From Stegostoma tigrinum (taxonomy: Eukaryota), in assembly GCF_030684315.1 (NCBI RefSeq), contig NC_081365.1:34251394-34315393 (forward strand): a stretch of 64,000 nt of DNA. Direction: 5' to 3'. The notes beneath the pieces were generated by a model. It made no database searches. It was not told the DNA's origin and was given only the letters and a program-made list of their open reading frames with translations. Position numbers and translations under genes: made by a program. Each line of letters begins with the position of its first letter. Positions within the stretch are counted from its first letter, which is position 1. This document shows, in pieces, positions 63,192 through 64,000 of this stretch.

Positions 63192-63353
63192 AGAGATAAC
63201 AAGGTGTAGAGCTGGATGAACACAGCAGGCTAGAGCAGGAAAGCTGACGTTTTGGGTCTGGACCCTTTTCTGAAGAGGTGCGTGTGTGCTCATCCAGCTC
63301 TACACCTTGTTATCTCAGATTCTCCAGCATCTGCAGTTCCTACTATCTCTGAA
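63192..63353. mobile_element. Penelope pLTR palindrome, copy 2 (internally deleted)
   Basis: TSD TTC(A/G)ATCATTGTT at 63179-63191 and 63354-63366. Confidence 0.85.
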
Positions 63354-63415
63354 TTCGATCATTGTTGCTGTGTTATCCATTTTATTAGATCTGACCCAAA
63401 TCAGGATGCTATTGT

Positions 63416-63638
63416 AACAAAATGCGGAGCTGGATGAACACAGCAGGCCAAGCTGCATCTTAGGAGCACAAAAGCTGACGTTTCGGGCCTAGACCCTTCA
63501 TCAGATGATTTTTCTGATGAAGGGTCTAGGCCCGAACCGTCAATTTTTGTGCTCCTAAGATGCTGCTTGGCCTGCTGTGTTCATCCAGCCCCACACTTTG
63601 TTATCTCGGATTCTCCAGCATCTGCAGTTCCCATTATC
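63416..63638. mobile_element. Penelope pLTR palindrome, copy 3
   Basis: ~90-bp inverted arms; TSD TCAGGATGCTATTGT at 63401-63415 and 63639-63653. Confidence 0.92.
63472..63506 (-). ncRNA. Minimal hammerhead ribozyme core motif
   Basis: CUGAUGA-A-GGGU(CUAG)GCCC-GAAA-CG-UC^AGCU; core intact but the 5' strand of helix I is missing in this copy. Confidence 0.6.
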
Positions 63639-63707
63639 TCAGGATGCTATTGTCCCTGTGATATACAAAGAATAGCCAATTTAAAGAAAATGTAAACCGT
63701 TACTTAC

Positions 63708-63776
63708 TTGATATTGGTCTTCTGTATTTGGTTGGTTTGCAGGAAGATCTCCATGTTTTCCTTTTACTTTGGTCAG
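63708..63776 (-). CDS. CD247: CD247 exon (exon 3 equivalent, 69 nt); signal/TM exons lie beyond the window
   Basis: ttttgttttcaaag|LTKVKGKHGDLPANQPNTEDQYQ|gtaagt; basic juxtamembrane stretch plus first Tyr of ITAM1. Confidence 0.88.
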
Positions 63777-64000
63777 CTTTGAAAACAAAATGTAAAGGAG
63801 ACATTGCACAAAGTAAATTTCATTTACTAATCCTGCTATATATCACTAATATCACTCATTAAAATAACCAGCAATATTCTCATGCGACAAACTAATTTGT
63901 TTGTTATGTAATGAGAAATTAGTTCATATGTGGCCAGTAGGGTGTCCTGAAAGCACAAAAGAAAAGATTGACCATTCACAGAATAACCTGCACCCGCAAG

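Noticed and set aside
62837-63638. Classical MITEs, pre-miRNAs or a CRISPR-like array
   Set aside because: Variable 13-16 bp TSDs, asymmetric arms and pLTR/hammerhead motifs fit Penelope derivatives; no repeat-spacer periodicity, and the DNA is eukaryotic.

Overview
Vertebrate genomic DNA, almost certainly elasmobranch (shark/ray), judged from HE1-type V-SINEs, HER1/CR1 LINEs and Penelope pLTR families. Two host genes converge tail-to-tail. On +: the last two coding exons of POU2F1 (Oct-1) followed by a ~12-17 kb transposon-poor 3' region. On -: six small phase-0 exons of CD247 (CD3 zeta) that rebuild three ITAMs; the ORF track does not show them. The rest is nested retroelements. Main points: (i) a young CR1 LINE inside CD247 intron 3 has an intact AUG-less ORF2 joined to ORF1 by a tandem -1 slippery site, G_GGU_UUA_AAC_UAG; (ii) several families of short palindromic Penelope-derived inserts with long variable TSDs carry minimal hammerhead-ribozyme cores; (iii) a tRNA-headed, apparently ORF1-less LINE has a series of internal-deletion derivatives that look like SINEs. 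All calls were made by eye and repeat boundaries are approximate.
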